Sequence record: DRR723986_7964
DNA: 20,000 nucleotides
Direction: 5' to 3' (one strand)
Shown: positions 1-7,359 of the stretch, one piece after another
How positions within the stretch are numbered: position 1 is the stretch's first letter
Layout of the letters: the number at the start of each line of letters is the position of its first letter
Position numbers and translations under genes: made by a program
Notes under the pieces: generated by a model
Told to the model about the DNA's origin: nothing
Database searches by the model: none
The model's input: the letters and a program-made list of their open reading frames with translations, nothing else

Positions 1-954
1 AAGATAAGCTGCAAATGCATCTACCTTTGCAGGGTCAGCTTGTTGAAATTCGCCATCATCAATCGGATTGTACTCTATGATGTTAATTTTTACAGGTACA
101 TTTTTACAAAATTCAGCTAATTCTCTCGCGTCTGAAAGCTCGTCATTGAAATCTTTAAATATGATATATTCAAACGTTATCCTTGATCCCGTTTTTTCAT
201 AAAAATAGCGAAGTGACTCAGCCAAAGCCTCCAAATTATTTGAATCATTAATCTCCATTATTTGAGATCGCTTTTCGTCATTCGCGGCATGTAATGAAAG
301 TGCAAGGTTGAATTTAACCTCATCATCTCCCATTTTTTTAATCATCTTGGCGATTCCGGCAGTTGATACGGTAATTCTTTTTGAGGATATACCCAAACCA
401 GCTTCAGAAGTTATCATCTCAATTCCGGCTAGCATGTTTTTATAATTTAATAGCGGTTCGCCCATGCCCATAAAAACAATGTTACTAAGCCTTTGTTCAA
501 AATGCTCATGCGAGAGGTTGTTCAAGAGCAATACCTGATCATAAATTTCACCAGCTGTTAAATTTCGCATCAGTTTCAATCTGCCCGTAGCACAAAATTT
601 ACAAGCCAAACTGCAACCCACCTGTGATGATATGCAGGCCGTAATTCTTGATGTGGTCGGAATCAACACCCCTTCAGTTATTTGGTTGTCGAAAGAATTG
701 AAAGCGCACTTTATGGTTTTATCAGCACTTTTTTGCATGTCGCCAATGCTAATGGCATCAATGAAATATTTGCTTTCTAAAAAATCAATCACCTTGTTGG
801 AGACATTGTGCATATCCGAAAATTTTCGAGCACCTCTTTTCCAAATCCATTCATGAATTTGTTTCGCTCTGAATTTCTTTTCTCCCATGTCCACTAAAAC
901 CTCAATTAAGGCTTCTTGACTCAAGTTTCGAATATTTTCTTTTTTCTCTAACAT
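1..954 (-). CDS. rlmN: Dual-specificity 23S rRNA (A2503-C2)/tRNA methyltransferase RlmN, radical SAM; 3' end runs off the window
   Basis: Manual translation from the ATG at 954 gives MLEKKENIRNLSQEAL...RITACISSQVGCSLACKFCATG (CxxxCxxC)...RNLTAGEIYDQV...NIVFMGMGEPLLN...RITVSTAG...LALSLHAAND...INIIEYNP. The frame is open to position 1. It is absent from the ORF track because it has no stop in the window. Confidence 0.95.
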   Translation of the reverse strand, partial: MLEKKENIRNLSQEALIEVLVDMGEKKFRAKQIHEWIWKRGARKFSDMHNVSNKVIDFLESKYFIDAISIGDMQKSADKTIKCAFNSFDNQITEGVLIPTTSRITACISSQVGCSLACKFCATGRLKLMRNLTAGEIYDQVLLLNNLSHEHFEQRLSNIVFMGMGEPLLNYKNMLAGIEMITSEAGLGISSKRITVSTAGIAKMIKKMGDDEVKFNLALSLHAANDEKRSQIMEINDSNNLEALAESLRYFYEKTGSRITFEYIIFKDFNDELSDARELAEFCKNVPVKINIIEYNPIDDGEFQQADPAKVDAFAAYL

Positions 955-966
955 ATAAATTCGGTA

Positions 967-974
967 CAAAAATA
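967..974 (-). promoter_or_regulatory. Bacteroidota primary-sigma -7 element (TATTTTTG) upstream of rlmN
   Basis: The reverse complement of caaaaata matches TAnnTTTG, 12 nt upstream of the rlmN ATG. No clear -33 TTTG at canonical spacing. Confidence 0.55.
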
Positions 975-1012
975 AGGTTAAGCTCGCTTGAATCCTATAT
1001 TTTTAAGCAAGA

Positions 1013-1693
1013 ATGAGGATATTAAAAATTTCTGGATTAGTATTGCTGCAGCTGATAACTGGTTTTATATCTGCTCTGGTCATCTATTTGACAATTATCA
1101 TGTTGGGTGCTTTGTTTCCTTCATCTGGCAAAGATCAGGGAGATGCTGAGGTTCAAATTTTTATTCAATCAAATGGGGTGCATACGGATGTATGTATGCC
1201 AACCAAAACTCAATGGTTTGATTGGACTTCTTTTATCAATCCTGATTTGTATCCTGAAAATAAGACTTGCAATTATATTGCGATAGGATGGGGTGACAAG
1301 GGTTTTTTTCTGGATACTCCCACATGGGCAGAATTGAAAGCAAGTACCGCATTAGAAGCTATTTTCTTGCCAAGCCCTTGTGCCATGCATGTTGAATACA
1401 AAGATTTTATTCCACAAACTGGAGATATGGTTTTCAAGGAGCATATTTCATCTGAAAACTACTTGAGTTTAGTTGATTATGTGACAGGGTCATTTAAAGT
1501 TGATAATGATTCGCCAATATTTATTCCGGGAACTTCATACTGGGGAACAGATCATTTTTTTGAAGCCAATGGCAATTACCACATGTTCAATACCTGCAAC
1601 AGTTGGACCAACGGAGCTTTAAAGTCTGCAGGATTACGTACGGCATCTTTTGCCGCTTTTCCTGGTGTTATTGTCAATTACCGAAAAAAATAA
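1013..1693 (+). CDS. DUF2459 / TIGR02117-family membrane-anchored conserved protein
   Basis: N-terminal hydrophobic helix followed by the motifs SNGVHTD, IGWGDKGFF, FFEANGNYH and NTCNSWT, which are typical of this family. Confidence 0.8.
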   Translation: MRILKISGLVLLQLITGFISALVIYLTIIMLGALFPSSGKDQGDAEVQIFIQSNGVHTDVCMPTKTQWFDWTSFINPDLYPENKTCNYIAIGWGDKGFFLDTPTWAELKASTALEAIFLPSPCAMHVEYKDFIPQTGDMVFKEHISSENYLSLVDYVTGSFKVDNDSPIFIPGTSYWGTDHFFEANGNYHMFNTCNSWTNGALKSAGLRTASFAAFPGVIVNYRKK

Positions 1694-1834
1694 CGTATCA
1701 AAACCCTTTAAAAATAAGGTATTCGAAAATTTTCTCATCTTTTTTTATGGAATTTTAATCATGTCAACATCTATATAAGTGAACATAAGATTTTCAGAGG
1801 CCGGGCCGAAAATAATCTTACAAACTTAAAACAG

Positions 1835-2551
1835 ATGAAAACAAAAATTAAAATAACGCTTGCGGCAATTTTTTGCGCAGGAATGGTAAATGCCCAGGTG
1901 AGTTTGGGAACAATTAAGGGTCAAACCGTTGATGCCGAAACTAAAGAATCAATTCCAATGTCAAAGGTTTGGATAGAGGGAAGTGGAAATATCAATATGA
2001 AAAAAGCAGATTTGGATGGTAAATTCACATTTGACGCTCTAAAACCTGGACTATATAATGTTTATGCTATTTCTTTTGGAAAAGATACGGCACTGATAAA
2101 GGCGGTTGAAGTAAAACCCGAAGCAATTACAGATTTAGGGAATGTAAACCTTCACCTGAGTGATGGTATGTTAGGAGTTGTTCCAGTGATTTACGTACCA
2201 AAATTAATTGAAAAAGACGTTTCAAAAATCATGATCAAAACAGAGGATATTGAACACAGTTTGAATATCAGAAATCCGAAAGAATTATTTGCATCAATGA
2301 ATTCGGATATCATTATTCCAGAAGGAACATCTGATGTGATTATAAGAGGTTCAAGACCTGGAGATGTGATTTATTACGTGGACGGTGTCAAGTCGAATGA
2401 CCTGAACGGGGTTCCTGGAGTTGGAATTGGCTCAATGATGGGATATACAGGAGGTGTACCGGCAAAATACGGTGACACAACGGGTGGTGTAATCGTTTTA
2501 GAAACGAAAAGTTACTTTGATTTATACTACGCTTGGAAGGCAAAACAATAG
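1835..2551 (+). CDS. Secreted carboxypeptidase-regulatory-like domain + TonB-dependent-receptor plug domain protein with no beta-barrel (copy 1)
   Basis: Signal peptide (MKTKIKITLAAIFCAGMVNA-Q). Beta-sandwich GTIKGQTVDAETKESIP...DLDGKFTFDALKPGLYNV. Plug motifs IIRGSR, YYVDGV and GGVPAKYGDTTGGVIVLETK. The stop follows 13 residues later. Confidence 0.8.
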   Translation: MKTKIKITLAAIFCAGMVNAQVSLGTIKGQTVDAETKESIPMSKVWIEGSGNINMKKADLDGKFTFDALKPGLYNVYAISFGKDTALIKAVEVKPEAITDLGNVNLHLSDGMLGVVPVIYVPKLIEKDVSKIMIKTEDIEHSLNIRNPKELFASMNSDIIIPEGTSDVIIRGSRPGDVIYYVDGVKSNDLNGVPGVGIGSMMGYTGGVPAKYGDTTGGVIVLETKSYFDLYYAWKAKQ

Positions 2552-2572
2552 CGCTGGTCTAAGTGTAATTCG

Positions 2573-2607
2573 CCCTGACCTTTTGTACAATTGGTCAGGG
2601 TTTTTTT
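2573..2607 (+). terminator. Intrinsic terminator after plug protein copy 1
   Basis: Perfect 8-bp stem CCCTGACC (2573-2580) / GGTCAGGG (2593-2600) followed by T7. Confidence 0.8.
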
Positions 2608-2626
2608 GTACTCAAAATTGAATTTT

Positions 2627-3328
2627 ATGAAATCTTTATTGCTAATTTTTTTACCACTAAGTGCTTTTGCTCAGAATGGGTCAATTACAGTTCAAATTGT
2701 TGATGAAGATGGATTCGAAATTCCAATGGCAAAAGTGATTTTAAAAAACGAAGTAGACAGTATTTACAGATTCAAAACCGATCTTGAAGGGAGATTGAAA
2801 GTGAATAATTTGAGTCCAGGGACATATTCAGTAAAGGCTGTTTCAATTGGTAAAGACACGGCCACAATTGAAGATATTGAGTTAGGCCAGGATACTCTCA
2901 TAGACTTGGGCAAAATTGATTTAATTGATAACGGATTAATTATATGCGATTTAGGACGTTGGCCTCCACCTATCTATTACGGTAATGATCTCAATCATCC
3001 TTTTAAAAAGGATTTTATCGGAGTCAGTGAGTTTTATGAAAGTCCTTTACGACAGTTGGTTGGGCCTGATCAAACGACTGGAATTTTAATGGTAGACTTT
3101 CAAGAGACACAGCTGGTAAGAGGTTCAAGAAGGGGAGATGTTGAGGTGTTTATTGATGGCGTTAAAATCATAGGTTCAACAGAAATCCCTAAATCTTCAT
3201 TCCAAAGTGCCGAGATCTATTATGGCGGTATCCCTGCTAAATATGGAGATACCACAGGTGGTTTAGTTCTTATAGAAACGAAAAGTTATTTCGACTTGTA
3301 CTACGATTACAAGTCGAGAAATTACTGA
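2627..3328 (+). CDS. Secreted carboxypeptidase-regulatory-like domain + plug domain protein with no beta-barrel (copy 2, paralogue of 1835..2551)
   Basis: The ATG at 2627 gives the signal peptide MKSLLLIFLPLSAFA-Q. The ORF-track TTG start at 2591 lies inside the terminator hairpin. Plug motifs VRGSR, VFIDGV and GGIPAKYGDTTGGLVLIETK, with the same SYFDLYY tail as copy 1. Confidence 0.8.
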   Translation: MKSLLLIFLPLSAFAQNGSITVQIVDEDGFEIPMAKVILKNEVDSIYRFKTDLEGRLKVNNLSPGTYSVKAVSIGKDTATIEDIELGQDTLIDLGKIDLIDNGLIICDLGRWPPPIYYGNDLNHPFKKDFIGVSEFYESPLRQLVGPDQTTGILMVDFQETQLVRGSRRGDVEVFIDGVKIIGSTEIPKSSFQSAEIYYGGIPAKYGDTTGGLVLIETKSYFDLYYDYKSRNY

Positions 3329-3330
3329 AA

Positions 3331-5751
3331 CTATTCGCCTCCTGTTCTTTTGTCCTCGTCTTCTAAACTGGTTTTTCTATCACGCGTTTTCTTCACCTCA
3401 CGATTACCAAAATTATAAGTCAGGTTGAATTTAATGCGTTGACTTTCGTATCCGCCAGAACCAATAAATGCCACTTCACCAAATTCGGCATCTGCTTGCC
3501 AAAATGAGGTAAAAAAGATGTCAGAACCAGCTAATCTCAATGATAGTCGATCATTCAAAAATTTCTTTTCAATTGCCGCATCAAACGAGCCCATGCTCTT
3601 TGTTCGATAAGTTCCACCCCATACTGAAGGAGAAGAGAACCAGCCTGATAATTCCAATTTGAATCCACCTGGAAGTAAGAAAGAGTTTTGACCATAGAAA
3701 CTTACCGTCTGTTGTGTAATTGGCGTAAACTTAGGGTCATTTGCTAAGTATGATGAATAAAATGCGTTCACCGATAAGTATACATTCCACCAAGGTTTAA
3801 TTGTGAACGGTAGACTTAATCCCAGATTGATGGTGCTTTGATCAGCAACGTTTAACGAGGTTAAAAAGCTTTTATCAACTCCTAATGTATCCGTTACCTG
3901 AGCAAAGAAATCTTCAGTATAGCTGTAACTCAACGAAGTTGTGAATCTGTATTTGAACGTATGCGAGAGTTTGGTGTTGTAGGCATATTGCGGTTGTAAA
4001 AAAGGATTCCCCTTCATAAATGAAAGTTCTGTTGATTGATTCACGAACGGATTTAAAGATTGGTAATTAGGTCGTTGAATTCTTTTGCTAAAAGTTAGTG
4101 ACCACATGTGTTTCCTATTCGGCATATAAGTAATTCCAGCGCTTGGAAACAAGTTAATATACTCTCTTCTTACTGAGTCTTCAGCTGTGGATTGCGTACT
4201 TTTCAAATCACCAAATGATCTGGTGTGTTCAGCTCTTAATCCAGCTTGAATGCTCCATTTCATTCCGAATTTCCTAGCATAGTTTAGATAAGCAGCATTG
4301 ATATTTTCTTGATATAAAAAGGTATTGGAACGATCTACATTTTTGGTTTCAACTCCATCTTGAACATCAAAAAATTCAAAAGTGTTGTCTGTATTTACAA
4401 GTGAAAATTTTGCGCCGACACTGAATTTTCCTTTCCATAAGTTTTGAGCATAATCAGCTTTTACCGCAAAAATTGAAATATCGGTAGGGGTAAGCATTCG
4501 ATAATTGTTCTCGAATAAAGTGTCTTGTGTAGATCCGTCTAAATAAAGATTGGGCTGATAATTATCTGCTTCACGTTTATAAATGGCGTAATCGGCATCC
4601 ATACTAAATTCATGGCCCAAGGTATCTGTAAATTGGTAATTGACATTTCCGGCAACGTTATAATTTAGGCCAGTTCCCGAATTGTCAGCAATTAATATTT
4701 GCGCTGGGGTTTGATCAGAGGTGTTGGTGAAAATATTCGTTACCGTATTGCCTTCACCCCTTGAATCAAAGTAGCTTCCAGATGCTAAGACGCCTATGGT
4801 GTGTTTTGGGTTTAAAAACCAGTCTGCACCTATTTTACCGTTATGAGATCCTGTATAATTATTATTAATGGTTTCGGTATCATATAAAGATCCGAATTGT
4901 GTTCGTTCCATATTGAAAAAGTTCCAGTTTTTACCAAAACTGTTGCTATAAGATGTATAGATGTTGGCTTTTTTATTTCTATGATTCAGTGAAATTGATC
5001 CATTTCCATGATGATTCTTCCCATATGCATATCCAGCCGTTATGGTACCGTTTGTTCCTAATTTTTTATCTCGTTTCAAAATAATATTGATGATACCTGC
5101 GCCACCGGCTGCATCATATTTAGATGAGGGTTGCGTAATAATTTCTATGTTATCAATATCTGCTGCTTGAAGTGTTTTTAAGAAGTTGATTAAATCGTCT
5201 CCTGCCAAAATGGATGGTTTACCATCAATATAAACTTGAACGCCAGCCTTGCCTTCAACAATAATGTTGTTACTGTTGTCAATTATTACCCCTGGCGCTT
5301 TTCTCAATAAATCAAATCCGTTTGAGCCTGTAGCATTTAAAGTATTATCAACGTTAAACACCGTTTTGTCTGGGTGAATTTCAATGATAGGCCTCATTTT
5401 TACAACCTGAACGGTAGCCAATTGATCGTCCGGTGTCATGGGAAAAGGTGCAAGTTCCACATCTTTTCCGTTAACCGTAAATTTCTCTGTCACATATTTA
5501 GTGATTCCCACTGCAGAGGCTTGAATAAAATAGTCTCCATTCGGAATTCCTGAAATAGTAAAGTCGCCCAAAGTATCAGTGATACCAAACTTCACAACTG
5601 CCGAATCTTTTGTTGATTTTACCAAGATGTTTGCGAAAGGAACCGGCTCAACTTCGGTAGAGGCATTTCCTTTAACCGTAAAGGTTTGTGCAGAACCTAC
5701 TGAAAGGATAAATAGTGAAGCGAATAATGAAACAACTTTAGACAATGACAT
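3331..5751 (-). CDS. TonB-dependent receptor / outer-membrane beta-barrel family protein (CarboxypepD-like + plug + OMP_b-brl_3-type barrel)
   Basis: Signal peptide, then DKTVFNV, LLRKAPGV, VYIDGK, IEIITQPSSKYDAAGGAGIINIILK, IQRPNYQSLNPF, GNPFLQP and LTYNFG followed by a charged tail (EDEDKR). This pattern is typical of the Bacteroidota barrel subfamily. Confidence 0.88.
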   Translation of the reverse strand: MSLSKVVSLFASLFILSVGSAQTFTVKGNASTEVEPVPFANILVKSTKDSAVVKFGITDTLGDFTISGIPNGDYFIQASAVGITKYVTEKFTVNGKDVELAPFPMTPDDQLATVQVVKMRPIIEIHPDKTVFNVDNTLNATGSNGFDLLRKAPGVIIDNSNNIIVEGKAGVQVYIDGKPSILAGDDLINFLKTLQAADIDNIEIITQPSSKYDAAGGAGIINIILKRDKKLGTNGTITAGYAYGKNHHGNGSISLNHRNKKANIYTSYSNSFGKNWNFFNMERTQFGSLYDTETINNNYTGSHNGKIGADWFLNPKHTIGVLASGSYFDSRGEGNTVTNIFTNTSDQTPAQILIADNSGTGLNYNVAGNVNYQFTDTLGHEFSMDADYAIYKREADNYQPNLYLDGSTQDTLFENNYRMLTPTDISIFAVKADYAQNLWKGKFSVGAKFSLVNTDNTFEFFDVQDGVETKNVDRSNTFLYQENINAAYLNYARKFGMKWSIQAGLRAEHTRSFGDLKSTQSTAEDSVRREYINLFPSAGITYMPNRKHMWSLTFSKRIQRPNYQSLNPFVNQSTELSFMKGNPFLQPQYAYNTKLSHTFKYRFTTSLSYSYTEDFFAQVTDTLGVDKSFLTSLNVADQSTINLGLSLPFTIKPWWNVYLSVNAFYSSYLANDPKFTPITQQTVSFYGQNSFLLPGGFKLELSGWFSSPSVWGGTYRTKSMGSFDAAIEKKFLNDRLSLRLAGSDIFFTSFWQADAEFGEVAFIGSGGYESQRIKFNLTYNFGNREVKKTRDRKTSLEDEDKRTGGE

Positions 5752-5815
5752 GTGCTTGTAATTAGATGGTATGCAAATATCCGTAAAGGTAATTAACTAA
5801 AAATGTTAAATAGAG

Positions 5816-5868
5816 ATGAACGCTCAACAAATGGGTCAAGCGCTCAACCTTTTATATAAGTGGTTAAT
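5816..5868. repeat. Three imperfect direct repeats with a 20-bp period; probable transcription-factor operator
   Basis: ATGAACGCTCAAC (5816), TCAAGCGCTCAAC (5836) and ATAAGTGGTTAAT (5856). CGCTCAAC is exact at 5821 and 5841. They lie in the divergent intergenic region, 65-117 bp upstream of the TBDR start. Confidence 0.55.
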
Positions 5869-5929
5869 GATAAACACATTTCTTATTTTTTGGCGAAATT
5901 ATGTTGCAATTCCGTAACGAATCAAAAGG

Positions 5930-5962
5930 TTTGGCGTATAATTAAATATCTTCTTAACTTTG
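5930..5962 (+). promoter_or_regulatory. Bacteroidota primary-sigma promoter (-33 TTTG / -7 TAACTTTG) for the SPOR gene
   Basis: TTTG at 5930-5933, a 21-nt spacer, then TAACTTTG at 5955-5962. This matches the consensus TTTG-N19-21-TAnnTTTG. Confidence 0.75.
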
Positions 5963-5971
5963 TTAGATAGG

Positions 5972-7246
5972 ATGTTATTGCAAGATTACATATCAAATTT
6001 ACTACACGAGCATAATTGTGTCATTGTTCCCAATTTCGGAGGATTTGTGGCTAATTATAGATCGGCTGTGGTTGAGGAGTTTAGTAAAAAAATTCATCCT
6101 CCATCAAAAAGTGTACTGTTCAACCCTCATCTCACAACCAATGATGGGCTCCTTGGCAATTATATATCCATTGATAAAAAAGTAGATTATGCACAAGCAT
6201 TGTCTTTTATTTCGGATGAAGTTACTGGATGGAACGAAAAGTTGAAGAACAACGAACGCATAGAATTCGGTGAAATCGGGTTTTTGTATCGCAAGAATGA
6301 TAAAATTCAGTTCGAACAATCACGAGAAACCAATTTATTGTTGGCGGCTTACGGATTAAGATCGATAGATTTCGTGAGATTTTCAGAAGTAAAAAAAGAA
6401 AATCGTTCAGTTGAAACCGTTAAAATTCAGCGACCAGTTGAAAAACAACCAGATGTTCAAGAATCAAAGGTTGAGGAAACTAAGGTTGAAAATAAAGTTG
6501 TAGTTGAACCAATTAAAGTTGTTGAAGAAAAAACACCTAAACTCGTTGCGAAGGAAAAGGTACAATTAGATGAATCGTTGAAAATTGAATCAGTTGAGTC
6601 AACGGAGACTGTTGAAGAAGTCAATCAACCGATAAAGCGAAACGTATTTGGTACTGTAGTGAAATACACTGCCGCGGCTGTTTTTGTTCCGATATTGTTT
6701 TATTCATATTGGATTCCAATGGAAACTGACGCGTTAGATACTGGCCTGGTGCAGTTTTCTGATTTTAATCCCATTCACAAACAAGCAGAGCGTACTTATG
6801 ATTTAAGACATGATGTGGCCAGCTTTGCTGAAATTGAACAATTCAAAAGCTTAGAGGAGTTGACCGAAAATATTGACGCATCAGTTTATAATTTTGAATT
6901 GCTAGAAGATTTTTATGTTCCTGTTGCATTGCAAAAGGAGGAATTGGCTTTGACAGAAGAAATCGATAAAACACAGGTCGTTGAAGTCACTCAAGTCAAC
7001 ACCTATGAAAACAACGAAGTACAATCTGGGAATTACCATGTGATTTCAGGATGTTTTTCTGTTCAAGACAATGCCAACAATCTCGTTGCTGATCTTAACA
7101 GCAAAGGTTTTTCTGCACAAATTTTAGATAAAAAAGGTGGACTTCACCGCGTATCTGCAGGTGGCTATGCCTCTAAAGATGCAGCTAAAAAGGCTGTTGA
7201 TCAATTACAATCTAATGGATTTTCGGGCTGGGTACTGAAATATTAA
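5972..7246 (+). CDS. HU-CCDC81-like N-terminal domain + TM helix + C-terminal SPOR (peptidoglycan-binding) domain protein
   Basis: N-terminus ISNLLHEHNCVIVPNFGGFV...FNPHLTTNDGLL, an E/K/V-rich linker, the TM segment YTAAAVFVPILFYSYWI and the SPOR domain YHVISGCFSVQDNANNLVADL...LHRVSAGGY...GWVLKY. The ATG at 5972 is preferred because the TTG at 5960 lies inside the -7 promoter box. Confidence 0.85.
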   Translation: MLLQDYISNLLHEHNCVIVPNFGGFVANYRSAVVEEFSKKIHPPSKSVLFNPHLTTNDGLLGNYISIDKKVDYAQALSFISDEVTGWNEKLKNNERIEFGEIGFLYRKNDKIQFEQSRETNLLLAAYGLRSIDFVRFSEVKKENRSVETVKIQRPVEKQPDVQESKVEETKVENKVVVEPIKVVEEKTPKLVAKEKVQLDESLKIESVESTETVEEVNQPIKRNVFGTVVKYTAAAVFVPILFYSYWIPMETDALDTGLVQFSDFNPIHKQAERTYDLRHDVASFAEIEQFKSLEELTENIDASVYNFELLEDFYVPVALQKEELALTEEIDKTQVVEVTQVNTYENNEVQSGNYHVISGCFSVQDNANNLVADLNSKGFSAQILDKKGGLHRVSAGGYASKDAAKKAVDQLQSNGFSGWVLKY

Positions 7247-7359
7247 ACCCATTCAACCACAAATCTTGAAATTCGTCATCTTTATTTTCCATTAAACCTC
7301 ATTGTGCTTGGGTGATTCGAATGCAATGATTAATTTTAACGAAATCAATTTATTAGAAT

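Noticed and set aside
632..856. 74-aa + strand ORF
   Set aside because: It is the antisense shadow of rlmN, which occupies 1..954 on the minus strand.
1835..3328. Reading the two plug ORFs as one frameshifted or pseudogenised TBDR
   Set aside because: Each has its own signal peptide and the same domain order, no barrel fragment follows, the tails are conserved synonymously, and a terminator follows copy 1.
5816..5868. Direct repeats considered as a mini-CRISPR or iteron array
   Set aside because: The units are too short and degenerate, the spacing is only 20 bp, and there are no cas or rep genes in the window.
6390..6630. Recurrent GTTGAA/GTTGAG words in the SPOR gene
   Set aside because: Explained by Val-Glu-rich low-complexity linker codons, not a DNA-level repeat element.
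7299..7329. Possible RNA hairpin TCATTG...CAATGA upstream of the C1 peptidase
   Set aside because: Only 6 contiguous Watson-Crick pairs. The rest depends on G-U pairs and a mismatch, and it resembles no riboswitch or ncRNA I know.
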